From positions 7,469 to 71,468 of the IMG/VR virus record IMGVR_UViG_3300046474_000237: 64,000 nucleotides of DNA, one strand, 5' to 3'. Positions 1 to 9,389 of the stretch are shown piece by piece. Under the pieces are notes generated by a model. That model ran no database searches, was not told where the DNA came from, and worked only from the letters and a program-made list of their open reading frames with translations. The stretch is from a virus. Its lineage: Duplodnaviria; Heunggongvirae; Uroviricota; Caudoviricetes. The position numbers and the translations under genes were made by a program. Within the stretch, counting starts at the first letter, position 1. Each line of letters opens with the position of its first letter.

Positions 1-828
1 ACGGACCTTGATGAAGAAGAACAAGAAGCAATTCAACAGGAGCTTCGTAGTGAGCAAACTGGCAGTCATCCGATCCTCAATCGTGTGTCCAAACGACAAG
101 TTGTACAGTTGGGTGGAGCCGAAGCATCGGGAGATCGTAATGTCGCAGAGCAATATGCAGACGATATCCTCATCGATGAAAGTGCAGGAGCCGAAGCTAA
201 TAATGATGGCCAAGAGGGAATGGCACAAGAACAACGGATCCCTCCTTTGGAGCCCGTCGTACGAAGCCAAGAAGCAATCCCTCCTCTGGTGATGACTCGG
301 GATGGTGGAGCGTTGCCTGAAGGCGTTACTTCTATTCCGGCGCTCACGGCTTACAACAAGATGGAAGTCGTGCATCTGCTGATCGGACGTTCAGTGGAAG
401 ACGAAGAAGTTGTTCTGCTTCAATCATTTCCGGAGCGTTTCATTCGCAGCAAGAAACCGGAAGAGCTGATGGCAAGTTTGTATGCTCGGGTTCAGGAGCA
501 CGTTGATAATATGACGCAGCACCAAGTATACGATATTAACGAACGTCGCACTCGTCGCATTATTCAAGTCGTGCAGCCAAATCAACAACAGCAAGCTCGT
601 GGAATTACTTGGGCAGCTGGATACCTTGACAACGGTGTTCCCACTCATGCTGAAGTCCAGCAGTATTGTGAAAAGGATGATCTCGACGAGGATGAAGCTC
701 TGAGGTATATGAAAGAAGAAGGGTTCTACTCAGAACCATCTTTCGTATTCACTTGGGCTCTTGTAAAGGTAAAGATCGGTCATGACTTTGGCTCGTTCAA
801 GCTTTCCGAACTGATGCCTTCGCTGTAA
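1..828 (+). CDS. hypothetical protein (5'-partial: frame is open from window position 1, first ATG at 85)
   Basis: Long ORF with no stop upstream in frame. Followed by an intrinsic terminator. Confidence 0.5.
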   Translation, partial: TDLDEEEQEAIQQELRSEQTGSHPILNRVSKRQVVQLGGAEASGDRNVAEQYADDILIDESAGAEANNDGQEGMAQEQRIPPLEPVVRSQEAIPPLVMTRDGGALPEGVTSIPALTAYNKMEVVHLLIGRSVEDEEVVLLQSFPERFIRSKKPEELMASLYARVQEHVDNMTQHQVYDINERRTRRIIQVVQPNQQQQARGITWAAGYLDNGVPTHAEVQQYCEKDDLDEDEALRYMKEEGFYSEPSFVFTWALVKVKIGHDFGSFKLSELMPSL

Positions 829-833
829 CTTTT

Positions 834-864
834 AGAGAGCCGATTTTCTGGCTCTCTTTTTTTA
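834..864 (+). terminator. rho-independent terminator
   Basis: Stem AGAGAGCC / GGCTCTCT followed by a T7 run. Confidence 0.6.
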
Positions 865-974
865 GTCGTTTAAAGACTCTTAGAGCCTCTGTTGAGCCTG
901 GACTACCTAAGTGACCTCCCAGAGTTTCCAACCCGTCCTAGAGGCTGTGGTGAAGTCAGAGCAGTATTCCTGTC

Positions 975-1560
975 CTAAAACTGGACTCAGATTTCGATGT
1001 GTCCAGTTTTGTCCAAAAGTGTCCAGTTTCTAGTTTTTGAAAATAACGTTTAGAATCAAAGACTTATAAGGCATGTGTCCAGTCTGTCCAATTTCTTAAA
1101 AAAAAACTGGACACTTTTTATTCTTTAGAATCAAGCACTTAAGTCACTTTGTCCAGTTTTTTCGCCTTTTTTCAAAAAACCATACCTCACTTTATAAAAG
1201 TAGAAATAAAAAAACAAAAAAGGAAAAACTTAGGGTTCACCCTAACAGTCCAGAAATATGGGGGTACTATATATATATTTATATTTGAACTTTTAAAAAA
1301 TATATTTATATATAAGAGAATGCGTTTTCTATTTTCCTTATTTTTTATTTGTAAAAGGAAGTGAGGTATGGTTTTCGAAAAAAGCGGCAAAAAACTGGAC
1401 ATTTGCTTCTAAGTCTTTGATTCTAAAAGAGAAAATCCTGTTTTAGAAACTGGACACAAATTGGACAGCCAGGACAAACGCTTGTAAGTCTATGATTTAA
1501 AAGAAGAAATTTGAAAACTAGAAACTGGACACTTTTGGACAAAACTGGACACTATCCAAA
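975..1560. repeat. iteron-rich ori-like repeat element, copy A
   Basis: About 12 copies of AACTGGACA / TGTCCAGTT in both orientations. Imperfect ~100-bp palindromic arms (ccatacctcactt at 1180, aagtgaggtatgg at 1359) flank an AT-rich core (1255-1320) containing tatatatatatttatatt. Near-identical copy at 59785-60346. Confidence 0.7.
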
Positions 1561-1581
1561 AATCACTAATCTGAGGGTAAT

Positions 1582-1591
1582 TTGGTATAAG
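1582..1591 (+). promoter_or_regulatory. phage promoter motif TTGGTATAAG (extended -10)
   Basis: One of at least 16 occurrences of the same decamer, here followed by the conserved box gtaaagtatggaag. Confidence 0.55.
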
Positions 1592-1680
1592 TAAAGTATG
1601 GAAGAAACTCACTGATCGTCATCTCTAAGTTGATTCCCTTTCTTGGTAGTGCATTGGCTTAACAGTCAATTGGTCTTTGA

Positions 1681-1712
1681 CCGGGGCTTCTTTGAAGACC
1701 CCGGTTTTTTTT
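1681..1712 (+). terminator. hairpin plus T-run (terminator or attenuator in leader)
   Basis: ccggggcttctttgaagaccccgg followed by tttttttt. Confidence 0.45.
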
Positions 1713-1723
1713 GGATTCTTGAA

Positions 1724-2554
1724 ATGTCACAAACACAAATAGCAGAACAGATTCGTCACCTTGATTTTCAAACGCTTGGTGATGAGATGAAGCGATACGA
1801 GAAGAAGTACAACAGCGAGTACTTGATGCCAGGCCTACCGACTGTAATTCGCTTCGATGGTAACTCGTTCCATACATTCACCAAAGGTCTTACTAAACCC
1901 TTCGATTATGAGCTGGCCCAGACGTTCCAATGTACCGTGGATGACCTTATCAAAGAATTGAATCCTGATCTGGCATACCACCAGAGCGATGAGATAAGTC
2001 TTTTTTGGTTTAACAGCGATGCTAACGCACAACTGAACTTTGATGGTAAGGTCCAGAAATGGCTAAGCGTGTACGCTGCTAAGTGCTCGGTGATCTTTAA
2101 CAGCTATCTTCAAGGCTTTTTGCCAAACAAGTTCGCAGCACGTCCTGTGTTCGACGCTCGTGTATTTCAATTCCCAAAATGGGATCAGGCGTATGATTAC
2201 TTTGTTTGGCGTCAGTGGGATGCTCGTAAGAACAGTGTCAGCATGGCTGCGCACTCGGTCTTCAACAACTCAGAGTTGCTTCATAAAAACACTGCTGAGA
2301 AGATTCAAATGCTTCACGAAGTAGGCATTAACTTCTACGACTACCTTGAATGCTTCAGGCAAGGTACGTTCACTAGGAAGGTAAAGAGGCTGGTGGCTAT
2401 CGATGATCATACCTGGTCGTTGATTCCCGATGCTAACAAACCAGCTTCAAGAGAAGTAATGCGAAGTTCAATCGAGGTTATAAAGGAAGTTCCTAAGCTT
2501 ACGTCCCTGCCGGTAAGTCAAGGTTCATTCAAGATTTTTCATGAAGGTAAGTAA
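1724..2554 (+). CDS. Thg1-like protein (tRNA-His guanylyltransferase / tRNA 5'-end repair family)
   Basis: Motif LPTVIRFDGNSFHTF and overall similarity to the Thg1/TLP family. ATG at 1724 immediately after the hairpin. The six-frame ORF extends upstream to 1643. Confidence 0.6.
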   Translation: MSQTQIAEQIRHLDFQTLGDEMKRYEKKYNSEYLMPGLPTVIRFDGNSFHTFTKGLTKPFDYELAQTFQCTVDDLIKELNPDLAYHQSDEISLFWFNSDANAQLNFDGKVQKWLSVYAAKCSVIFNSYLQGFLPNKFAARPVFDARVFQFPKWDQAYDYFVWRQWDARKNSVSMAAHSVFNNSELLHKNTAEKIQMLHEVGINFYDYLECFRQGTFTRKVKRLVAIDDHTWSLIPDANKPASREVMRSSIEVIKEVPKLTSLPVSQGSFKIFHEGK

Positions 2555-3036
2555 TGGGTTTGGATATTCATATGAATTTGTCCTTCGGGATAAATGTAGG
2601 TAGTTCAGATAGTGCATGGGAAGAGTTCGAAGAATTCGAGAAAGCTCTCGCTAATGCTCTGGGTATAGAAGAGCTTGAAGATGGTGTCGAAGATGCTATT
2701 CAGGAATTGATTTTAAAAGAACTCAATATTAAGCGCCCTGAAGAAGAGTACTGTGAGAAAAATAGCAAGGAATACAGCGAGTACTGGAAGCGGAAAAATA
2801 ACGCTTTCGAAAACTATGGAGTAGGTATTACCAAGTATGGCACGTGTGACTATCCTGGTTATATTCTGTATACTAAGAATTTATCTCTAGGAGAAATCTG
2901 GGAACCAGCAGAGCTTGATAAAGAATGTCTTGGCGTAACACAAGATGATATCGATAGGCTGCGCAATTTTTGTGAGAAGTATGGTATAAGCTACACGGAA
3001 CCAGTAATGATGGTTTCAGCGTACTATAGTCACTAA
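2554..3036 (+). CDS. hypothetical protein
   Basis: TAATG overlap with the upstream gene. 160 aa, acidic. Confidence 0.5.
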   Translation: MGLDIHMNLSFGINVGSSDSAWEEFEEFEKALANALGIEELEDGVEDAIQELILKELNIKRPEEEYCEKNSKEYSEYWKRKNNAFENYGVGITKYGTCDYPGYILYTKNLSLGEIWEPAELDKECLGVTQDDIDRLRNFCEKYGISYTEPVMMVSAYYSH

Positions 3037-3101
3037 AAGTCAAGTCTTGTTGAGCCGCTCGTTCAATGAGATAATAGTGTTTTACAAGGAATAAGAAACA
3101 A

Positions 3102-4355
3102 ATGGCGAAGATCTCAGATCTTCCACTGAACGAGTTGTATGAGAGAAAGATTACAACGTCTGTAGAAGTGGCAATCCATAGCAAGGAAGACTTTAGCAAG
3201 ATCAGTAAGACGTATTGCGACAAAGTCTGTAAGCTCAAATGTAAATCGTATGATGCTGTTCGCCTTGCTCAAAACGAAGTTGATATTCTGATTATCCAGG
3301 ATCACGCGGCACCCGCTGGGAAGTGGGATAGAGTAGAGGGTCAGCAAGAAAAGATCCAGCAGGATATCATTCACCATCTCTGTAAACAAGCAGGGTTTGG
3401 AACGTTGAAGTACCGATTGGTGAACTTGCTTAAATGTAGTCCGACAGAAGAAGACTTTCCAAAAGGGAAAGCACCAACTGCAACACGGCTAATGAAATGT
3501 AAACCTTATCTTTTAGCTGAGATAGATCGTTGTAAACCAAAGGTCATCATCAGTCTGGCAACAGTTGTGACTAAAGCGTTGGGTTATAAGAAACACAGCA
3601 ATACTGGTAATCGTGGTGAGTATGTTGATAACGTAGTTATCACAATCCATCCAAGAGCATTGACGATGATTCGTCAGAACGCCTCTGGAGCCTTCTGGGG
3701 ACAAGAGTTGTATGGTGTGATTCTCCGAGACTTCAAGAAGGCCGCAGCAATGGCTCGTGGTCATCTTAAACCGCCTACGTTAGCTGAAGCGATTGAGTTT
3801 TATAAACAGAACCGTATTCGCATTGCACGAAGCATTGAAGAAGTAAAAGAGTTCATGGCTATCATTGATGGTTTGCCAGCAAACTCAATCATCAGTCTAG
3901 ATACTGAAACGACCAGCTTAGACGGGCTGGCTGAAAATGCCAAACTGCTTTGTATTCAGTTCGGGTATCGAGATCCAATTGACAAAGAAGTTAAAGCATT
4001 GGTAGTTCCACTGTGGCATCGTGAGAACAAGATGTATAGTGGAGACGAAGCATGGGCTTTGGTTACTCCTTTCTTAGAAGGGCCAAGACCGAAGGTAGGG
4101 CACAACATTAAGTTCGATATCTTGTACATTTGGCACACTACCAAAGTACGGGTGAAAAATATGGCTTTTGATACTTTGCTTGTTCTTCATAGTCTTGATA
4201 GTGGTGCGCAGGGTACTTATAGTTTGAAAACTGCAGTCTGGGATATTGTTCCTTGGACTGGATTAGGTGGTTATGAAGACCTCCTACCTAAACTAACTAA
4301 GAATGCCGCCGAAGAAACTGAAGAAACTGAAGAAGATGAGGTAGAAAGTGATTAA
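3102..4355 (+). CDS. DNA polymerase I-type, N-terminal part: family-4 UDG-like domain plus 3'-5' exonuclease domain
   Basis: UDG4-like block (DILIIQDHAAPAGKWDRVEGQ...KCKPYLLAEIDRCKPKVIISLA). ExoI SLDTETTSLD and ExoII GHNIKFD motifs. Confidence 0.65.
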   Translation: MAKISDLPLNELYERKITTSVEVAIHSKEDFSKISKTYCDKVCKLKCKSYDAVRLAQNEVDILIIQDHAAPAGKWDRVEGQQEKIQQDIIHHLCKQAGFGTLKYRLVNLLKCSPTEEDFPKGKAPTATRLMKCKPYLLAEIDRCKPKVIISLATVVTKALGYKKHSNTGNRGEYVDNVVITIHPRALTMIRQNASGAFWGQELYGVILRDFKKAAAMARGHLKPPTLAEAIEFYKQNRIRIARSIEEVKEFMAIIDGLPANSIISLDTETTSLDGLAENAKLLCIQFGYRDPIDKEVKALVVPLWHRENKMYSGDEAWALVTPFLEGPRPKVGHNIKFDILYIWHTTKVRVKNMAFDTLLVLHSLDSGAQGTYSLKTAVWDIVPWTGLGGYEDLLPKLTKNAAEETEETEEDEVESD

Positions 4356-6057
4356 GCGTATTGACCCAAAGCCAAAGACCTCGACTGAGCAAGTACTAGA
4401 AGAGAAGGTCATTGCTGAAGTACGAGAAACACCTGTTGAGAAAAAGACTCGCAAGAAAGCAGAGCCTAAACCGAAGGTTGAAGAACCTGTAGCTGAGAAG
4501 AAGATTTATAGAACGTATGAAGATTATGATAGTGAAGATCTTTACGTCTATGCAGGTATTGATAACATTGTCACTTCAGAAGTCCTGACAGGTCTATGGT
4601 CTGATTTAGTAAAACCTCAAGAAGTGCAGATTGTAGGTCCCAATGGAGCGCCGATTAAGGCAAAGGCTCCGGCGATCATCGAATCAGTGATCAACACAGA
4701 AATGTTCTGTCACGAGTTCATTATCGATCTTGAAATCAATGGCATGGCATACGACGTTGATCGTAACCGCAAGATCTCTGAACAGATGGTTCGTGAAGTT
4801 GAAGAGTTTGATGAAAAAATCTTTACTGCAATCGGTAAAAGAATCAATCTAGACTCTGGTACAGAAGTTGGTAAGCTGCTTTATGAAGAACTTGGATTCG
4901 TAGCTCCGTTTAAGACAAAGTCTGGTGATGATGCAACTGACGGTGCGGCATTGCTCACACTGGCAGGGTTAAATCCTCTGGCTAACCAGTATGATGCTCC
5001 AGATCCTAAGCTGCAGTTCCTTGCAGATATGGCTAAGAGAAAGGATATTAATAGTGTTCACAATACTTTCATCAAGACGTATGTGGAGGACTTTGTTAAG
5101 CGTGATGGTCGGATTCATCCTAGCTATAACATGTTTGGCACTAGCAGCTTTCGGATCACTGGCGACAGTCCTAATCTTACGCAGCTTCCACGTCCTAAAC
5201 ATGGATACAATGTACGAGAGTGCTACATCGTTGATAGCGGCAATGTATTTATTGCCTTTGACTTTAGTTCTGCTGAAGTTAAGATTCTAGGCGCAATCTG
5301 TCGTGACAAGAATATGCTTAAGGCGATTGCCGAGGGCTTGGACTTTCACTCGTATTCTGCCAGTGCGATGATGGGCGTGTCATACGAAGAATATATTCAT
5401 ATTTTGGAAGATAAGAGTAATTCTCTCCAAAAAGAATACAAACGCATGCGACAAGTTGCAAAAGTTTTAACTTTTTCGATACTTTATGGTTCTTCAGTAG
5501 GTGGTATTGCAATGCAGTTGCAGTTGGACAAGTCTGAAGCTGAACGTCTGGTTAATATGTACTTCAATGCATACCCTGGAGTTAAGGATTATATTGAAGA
5601 GTCACACAATATGGCACGTTGGAACCAGAAAGTCTGGACACCATTTGGTCAGTACAAACATGAGTATGTAGCACAGGAAGTATTCAAGAAGACCGCAGCT
5701 TATAACGCATCACTGCGCAATGCTCAGAATGTACGGATTCAAAGTGCAACTTCGACTCTTGGTCTAGTTACATTTGCGCATCTTAACCAAGCAATTCAAA
5801 AGATCGACCCTCGTTGTAAAAGTATCTGTACTGTGTATGACTCAGTTGAATTCGAAGTACCGATTGAGCGTGCGGCAGAAGTAATCGAGACGGCATTCTA
5901 TTACATGAATGAATGGCCAGTAGAGAATTTCGATTGGCTGACTCTTCCGATTGGTGTTGAAGGTGAAATCGGTTTTAACTGGGGCCAGGTGGAACAAGTC
6001 CATCGTGGAGTAACTCAAGAAGCAATTAACGATATGTTATTTAAAAAGAAGGCGTAA
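4348..6057 (+). CDS. DNA polymerase I-type, polymerase domain (separate ORF with 8-bp overlap)
   Basis: Motif A-like DFSSAEVKIL, motif B KRMRQVAKVLTFSILYG, motif C TVYDSVEF. GTG start overlaps the stop of the upstream ORF. Confidence 0.7.
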   Translation: MIKRIDPKPKTSTEQVLEEKVIAEVRETPVEKKTRKKAEPKPKVEEPVAEKKIYRTYEDYDSEDLYVYAGIDNIVTSEVLTGLWSDLVKPQEVQIVGPNGAPIKAKAPAIIESVINTEMFCHEFIIDLEINGMAYDVDRNRKISEQMVREVEEFDEKIFTAIGKRINLDSGTEVGKLLYEELGFVAPFKTKSGDDATDGAALLTLAGLNPLANQYDAPDPKLQFLADMAKRKDINSVHNTFIKTYVEDFVKRDGRIHPSYNMFGTSSFRITGDSPNLTQLPRPKHGYNVRECYIVDSGNVFIAFDFSSAEVKILGAICRDKNMLKAIAEGLDFHSYSASAMMGVSYEEYIHILEDKSNSLQKEYKRMRQVAKVLTFSILYGSSVGGIAMQLQLDKSEAERLVNMYFNAYPGVKDYIEESHNMARWNQKVWTPFGQYKHEYVAQEVFKKTAAYNASLRNAQNVRIQSATSTLGLVTFAHLNQAIQKIDPRCKSICTVYDSVEFEVPIERAAEVIETAFYYMNEWPVENFDWLTLPIGVEGEIGFNWGQVEQVHRGVTQEAINDMLFKKKA

Positions 6058-6058
6058 T

Positions 6059-6706
6059 ATGTGGAAAGTCCGGAAAGACATAACCGGTCAAGTGTTTGGG
6101 AAGGTGACGGTTATTAAACCGGACTTCGAAAGCGGAGACAGTAGAATGTGGATTTGCAAATGTCAATGTGGCATTGATAAATCTATAAGTAGAGATGCCT
6201 TGAAATCAGGGGCAACTGTATCATGCGGATGTGTAGGTAGAACGTCAAATTTAAAACATGGGATGCATACCTCCAGGACTTACACTTCCTGGTCAAAAAT
6301 GAAAAGTAGATGTTTAAATCCTAACGACGATAACTACTATTTGTATGGGGGCAGAGGCATCTTTATATGTGAAAAATGGTTATCGTTCGAAGGTTTCTTA
6401 GCAGATATGGGCGAACGTCCGGAGGGTATGACTTTGGATAGGATAGACTCCGATAAAGAATACAGCCTTGAAAATTGTAGATGGTCTACTCCTTTAGAAC
6501 AGACGCTTAATAGAGGCGTTACGGTGAAGCTGACATATAAAGGCGAAACTGATTTGCTAGTGAACTGGTGTAATAGATTACACTTGGATAGAAAATTGAT
6601 GTATAGCAGGATAATAGAAAATAGATGGTCTGTAGAACGAGCTTTTGAAGAAGATAAACGTCTCAATCAACACGCTTTTGGCGAAAGAAATAATGGAAGT
6701 AGATAA
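6059..6706 (+). CDS. HNH-family (HNH_3/AP2-like) homing endonuclease-like protein
   Basis: Cys cluster CKCQCG...SCGC. YGGRGI...LDRIDSDKEYSLENCRWSTPLEQTLN resembles phage free-standing endonucleases. Sits directly after the polymerase gene. Confidence 0.5.
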   Translation: MWKVRKDITGQVFGKVTVIKPDFESGDSRMWICKCQCGIDKSISRDALKSGATVSCGCVGRTSNLKHGMHTSRTYTSWSKMKSRCLNPNDDNYYLYGGRGIFICEKWLSFEGFLADMGERPEGMTLDRIDSDKEYSLENCRWSTPLEQTLNRGVTVKLTYKGETDLLVNWCNRLHLDRKLMYSRIIENRWSVERAFEEDKRLNQHAFGERNNGSR

Positions 6707-7139
6707 AGTAGTAATTTACACTGACGGTGCATGCCTTAATAACCCTGGTAAGGGTGGGCACGGATATGTATTCACCTATAATGATGGGGAGTATCTGCAC
6801 AGTGGTAATGGTGGGGAAAAAGATACGACAAATAATCGTATGGAGTTAATGGCTGTTATTTCTGCATTAGAGATGCTGGACGGAGAAAAGGATATTACTA
6901 TCATTACTGACTCCAAATACGTCATGCAAGGTATTACAGAATGGATTAAGGGTTGGAAAGCTAAAGGCTGGATTGGCTCCAATAAGAAGCCTGTAAAGAA
7001 CCAGGATCTTTGGAAACGACTAGACTCTTTGGTAGAAAAGGCTCCTCCGCTTAAATGGCAATGGGTAAAAGGCCATTCGGGAAATAAGTGGAACGAGTTT
7101 GCAGATAAATTGGCTACGGAAGCCGCAGCTCTAGCGTAA
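6693..7139 (+). CDS. rnhA: ribonuclease HI
   Basis: MEVDKVVIYTDGACLNNPGKGGHGYV...TNNRMELMAVISALE matches the RNase H catalytic core. The six-frame ORF starts at 6645, but the ATG at 6693 fits homologues. Confidence 0.8.
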   Translation: MEVDKVVIYTDGACLNNPGKGGHGYVFTYNDGEYLHSGNGGEKDTTNNRMELMAVISALEMLDGEKDITIITDSKYVMQGITEWIKGWKAKGWIGSNKKPVKNQDLWKRLDSLVEKAPPLKWQWVKGHSGNKWNEFADKLATEAAALA

Positions 7140-7148
7140 GGAATAACA

Positions 7149-7874
7149 ATGATTGAACTAGGCGTTACTATTACCGGCGCAGACGACGAAGTTGATCCGT
7201 CGATTCTGGATGATATCGGTCGTGAATATCCATTCGTTGAATGGGGCATTCTATTTTCTAAATCCCGTGAGGGCCAACCTCGTTACCCAACAGCGCAGTG
7301 GAGGGAGAAGCTGTACTGGGCAACGAACGATAGAGGTGAATACTACACTCTTGCTGCGCATCTTTGTGGCAAATCGGTAGAGGCGTTTCTGTCTTCTTGG
7401 AAACATTTCGAAAACGAAGTAACGCTAGGCTACAACGCAGTTCAGTTTAATTTCTTGACTGCTGAAAACAAAGACTTGATCTTTGAATTCGCAAAGAGTG
7501 AAAAGAGTACTGTAATCGTTCAGTACAGTGGTAACACGGACATTCTTCTCAATGGCATGTTTGAAGACGAAGTCCCTCCTGATTTGAAGATTCTTCTTGA
7601 CGCTTCTGGCGGCAAGGGTGTTTCCTGGCAGGATGCAGGTTGGCCGGATATTCCAGAACCTTGGGCTAGTCGGTTTGATGTTGGATATGCAGGCGGTATC
7701 AACGTTTACAACGTAGAGCAAACAGTGTTTGAGCTTCTGCAGAGTCACAGGGATGTCGAAAACGGCTATGCATGGATCGACCTTGAATCAGGCGCACGCA
7801 CTGAAGACAAGTTCGACATTGACAAGGTTCTTTCTATTTTGGATAAGGTCGATAAGATCGTAAAGGAGAATTAA
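7149..7874 (+). CDS. TrpF-like (phosphoribosylanthranilate isomerase fold) protein, function unknown
   Basis: LLDASGGKGVSWQD...VGYAGGINVYNVEQ...IDLESGARTE resembles the PRAI TIM-barrel signature. Confidence 0.35.
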   Translation: MIELGVTITGADDEVDPSILDDIGREYPFVEWGILFSKSREGQPRYPTAQWREKLYWATNDRGEYYTLAAHLCGKSVEAFLSSWKHFENEVTLGYNAVQFNFLTAENKDLIFEFAKSEKSTVIVQYSGNTDILLNGMFEDEVPPDLKILLDASGGKGVSWQDAGWPDIPEPWASRFDVGYAGGINVYNVEQTVFELLQSHRDVENGYAWIDLESGARTEDKFDIDKVLSILDKVDKIVKEN

Positions 7875-7875
7875 C

Positions 7876-8094
7876 GTGGATTATTTGGGCTTCGGTATTT
7901 TGTTGTGGGTTCTTGCTATGGTTCTGATCGTTGGAGCCAATAAGAAAAGCGAGAAACCACACAGTGATTTGACATTGGTATTGGTTGGTCTTTTGGTGGC
8001 ATTCGCATGTCTATTCTGGCCAATCACGCTACCAGTAACGGCAGTAATCGGCATCATCAAATTTGGTTCTGATCTTGTAGCAGCAAAGAAGTGA
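7876..8094 (+). CDS. small membrane protein
   Basis: GTG start. Two hydrophobic helices. Confidence 0.45.
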   Translation: MDYLGFGILLWVLAMVLIVGANKKSEKPHSDLTLVLVGLLVAFACLFWPITLPVTAVIGIIKFGSDLVAAKK

Positions 8095-8101
8095 GGAAAT
8101 C

Positions 8102-9112
8102 ATGGGCGGCAATGCAGTCAGCAACGCTGTCCGTCTGGAGAAGCAATACTACGACTTCGTAGCAGACGGTACAAGCACAGTTCTTAAGGAGGCCTTTCCT
8201 GAGGCGATAGTTTCAGTAATTCCAGCATACAGAGAGAAAGAAAGTTTCGGAGACCTCGACATTCTAATTTCTGGTATTGATGTTGGTACTCTCAGAGAGT
8301 TTTGTGAGAAGGTTCTTAATTCCCCAGAGGTTCACACTAACAGCAACGTTATCTCTTTCGGTTTAAACATCACTGGTTTGATGTTTAAGAGAACCATTTT
8401 TCAAGTTGATTTCATTACCGTACCTGAAGAAATCCATGACTTTGCCCTTAAGTATTTTGCTTTCAATGATCTTGGTAATCTTATCGGTCAAACTGCTCAT
8501 GGCATCGGTCTTAAGTTTGGTCACGACGGACTCTGGTACAAGTACATCGTTGACACTCAACTCGTCAGAGAAATCTGCATTACTCAAGACTTCACTGAAG
8601 CCCTGGAATTCCTCGGGTACGACCCTGCACGGTATGCGCTTGGATTTGATAATCTGGATGCCATTTTCGAGTATGTTATAACGAGTCCTTACTTTACAAC
8701 TTGGAACTATCTGCTTGAAAATCGCAACGCTGTAGGCCGTGTTCGAGATAAGAAACGTAAGACGTACATGCTTTTCTTAGATTGGCTTAAGGGTAAAACT
8801 CTCAACAATGAACGTTCTCCTAGAGACTCTGGATTTATCAGAATTTTAGAAAAGATGGAATTTCCAGAAGCAGTTAAAGCATATGCGATAGCTACTATGG
8901 ACTACCATCGTCTCAACAGGGTTAAGAAGAAAATCAACGGAACTCTTATCTCTGAATGGACAGGATTGACTGATAGAGAGTTAGGTATTCTATTCGGTAA
9001 CTACAGGACTTTGCACGGCGGGCTTTATTGGACGACAATGGACAGTATGTCTGCTGAAGAAATTGAAGCTGACGTAAAGAAGTATTTTCAGGAGGCGTAT
9101 TCAAAATTATGA
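8102..9112 (+). CDS. putative nucleotidyltransferase (pol-beta fold)
   Basis: ESFGDLDILISG fits the hG[GS]...DxD nucleotidyltransferase motif. Confidence 0.35.
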   Translation: MGGNAVSNAVRLEKQYYDFVADGTSTVLKEAFPEAIVSVIPAYREKESFGDLDILISGIDVGTLREFCEKVLNSPEVHTNSNVISFGLNITGLMFKRTIFQVDFITVPEEIHDFALKYFAFNDLGNLIGQTAHGIGLKFGHDGLWYKYIVDTQLVREICITQDFTEALEFLGYDPARYALGFDNLDAIFEYVITSPYFTTWNYLLENRNAVGRVRDKKRKTYMLFLDWLKGKTLNNERSPRDSGFIRILEKMEFPEAVKAYAIATMDYHRLNRVKKKINGTLISEWTGLTDRELGILFGNYRTLHGGLYWTTMDSMSAEEIEADVKKYFQEAYSKL

Positions 9113-9294
9113 AGACTGAACCCATTTTAGATTCCTGCCCCGAATGCGGCGAAACAAAAAAGTCACGCCTTTCAAATACTGCCATTTGGTTTGAGTGCAA
9201 AACCTGCGGTTACGCAGAGGATTCATTCAAAGGTCCAATCACAACACTTGATCGTCGTCCAAATTCAACTGTACCTTTCACACAATACCTGTAG
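9109..9294 (+). CDS. zinc-ribbon protein
   Basis: CPECG...CKTCG. ATGA overlap with the upstream gene. Ends with a rare TAG stop. Confidence 0.5.
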   Translation: MKTEPILDSCPECGETKKSRLSNTAIWFECKTCGYAEDSFKGPITTLDRRPNSTVPFTQYL

Positions 9295-9297
9295 TTG

Positions 9298-9307
9298 TTG
9301 GTATAAG
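9298..9307 (+). promoter_or_regulatory. phage promoter motif TTGGTATAAG
   Basis: Conserved decamer upstream of the Hen1/Pnkp operon. Confidence 0.55.
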
Positions 9308-9389
9308 TAAGATATTGGACGGTGATTCGTCCCGTCATTAGATTGTCTAAGTTTTTACCTGTAAACCTCTCTTCCAAAAAGGTTAAATA

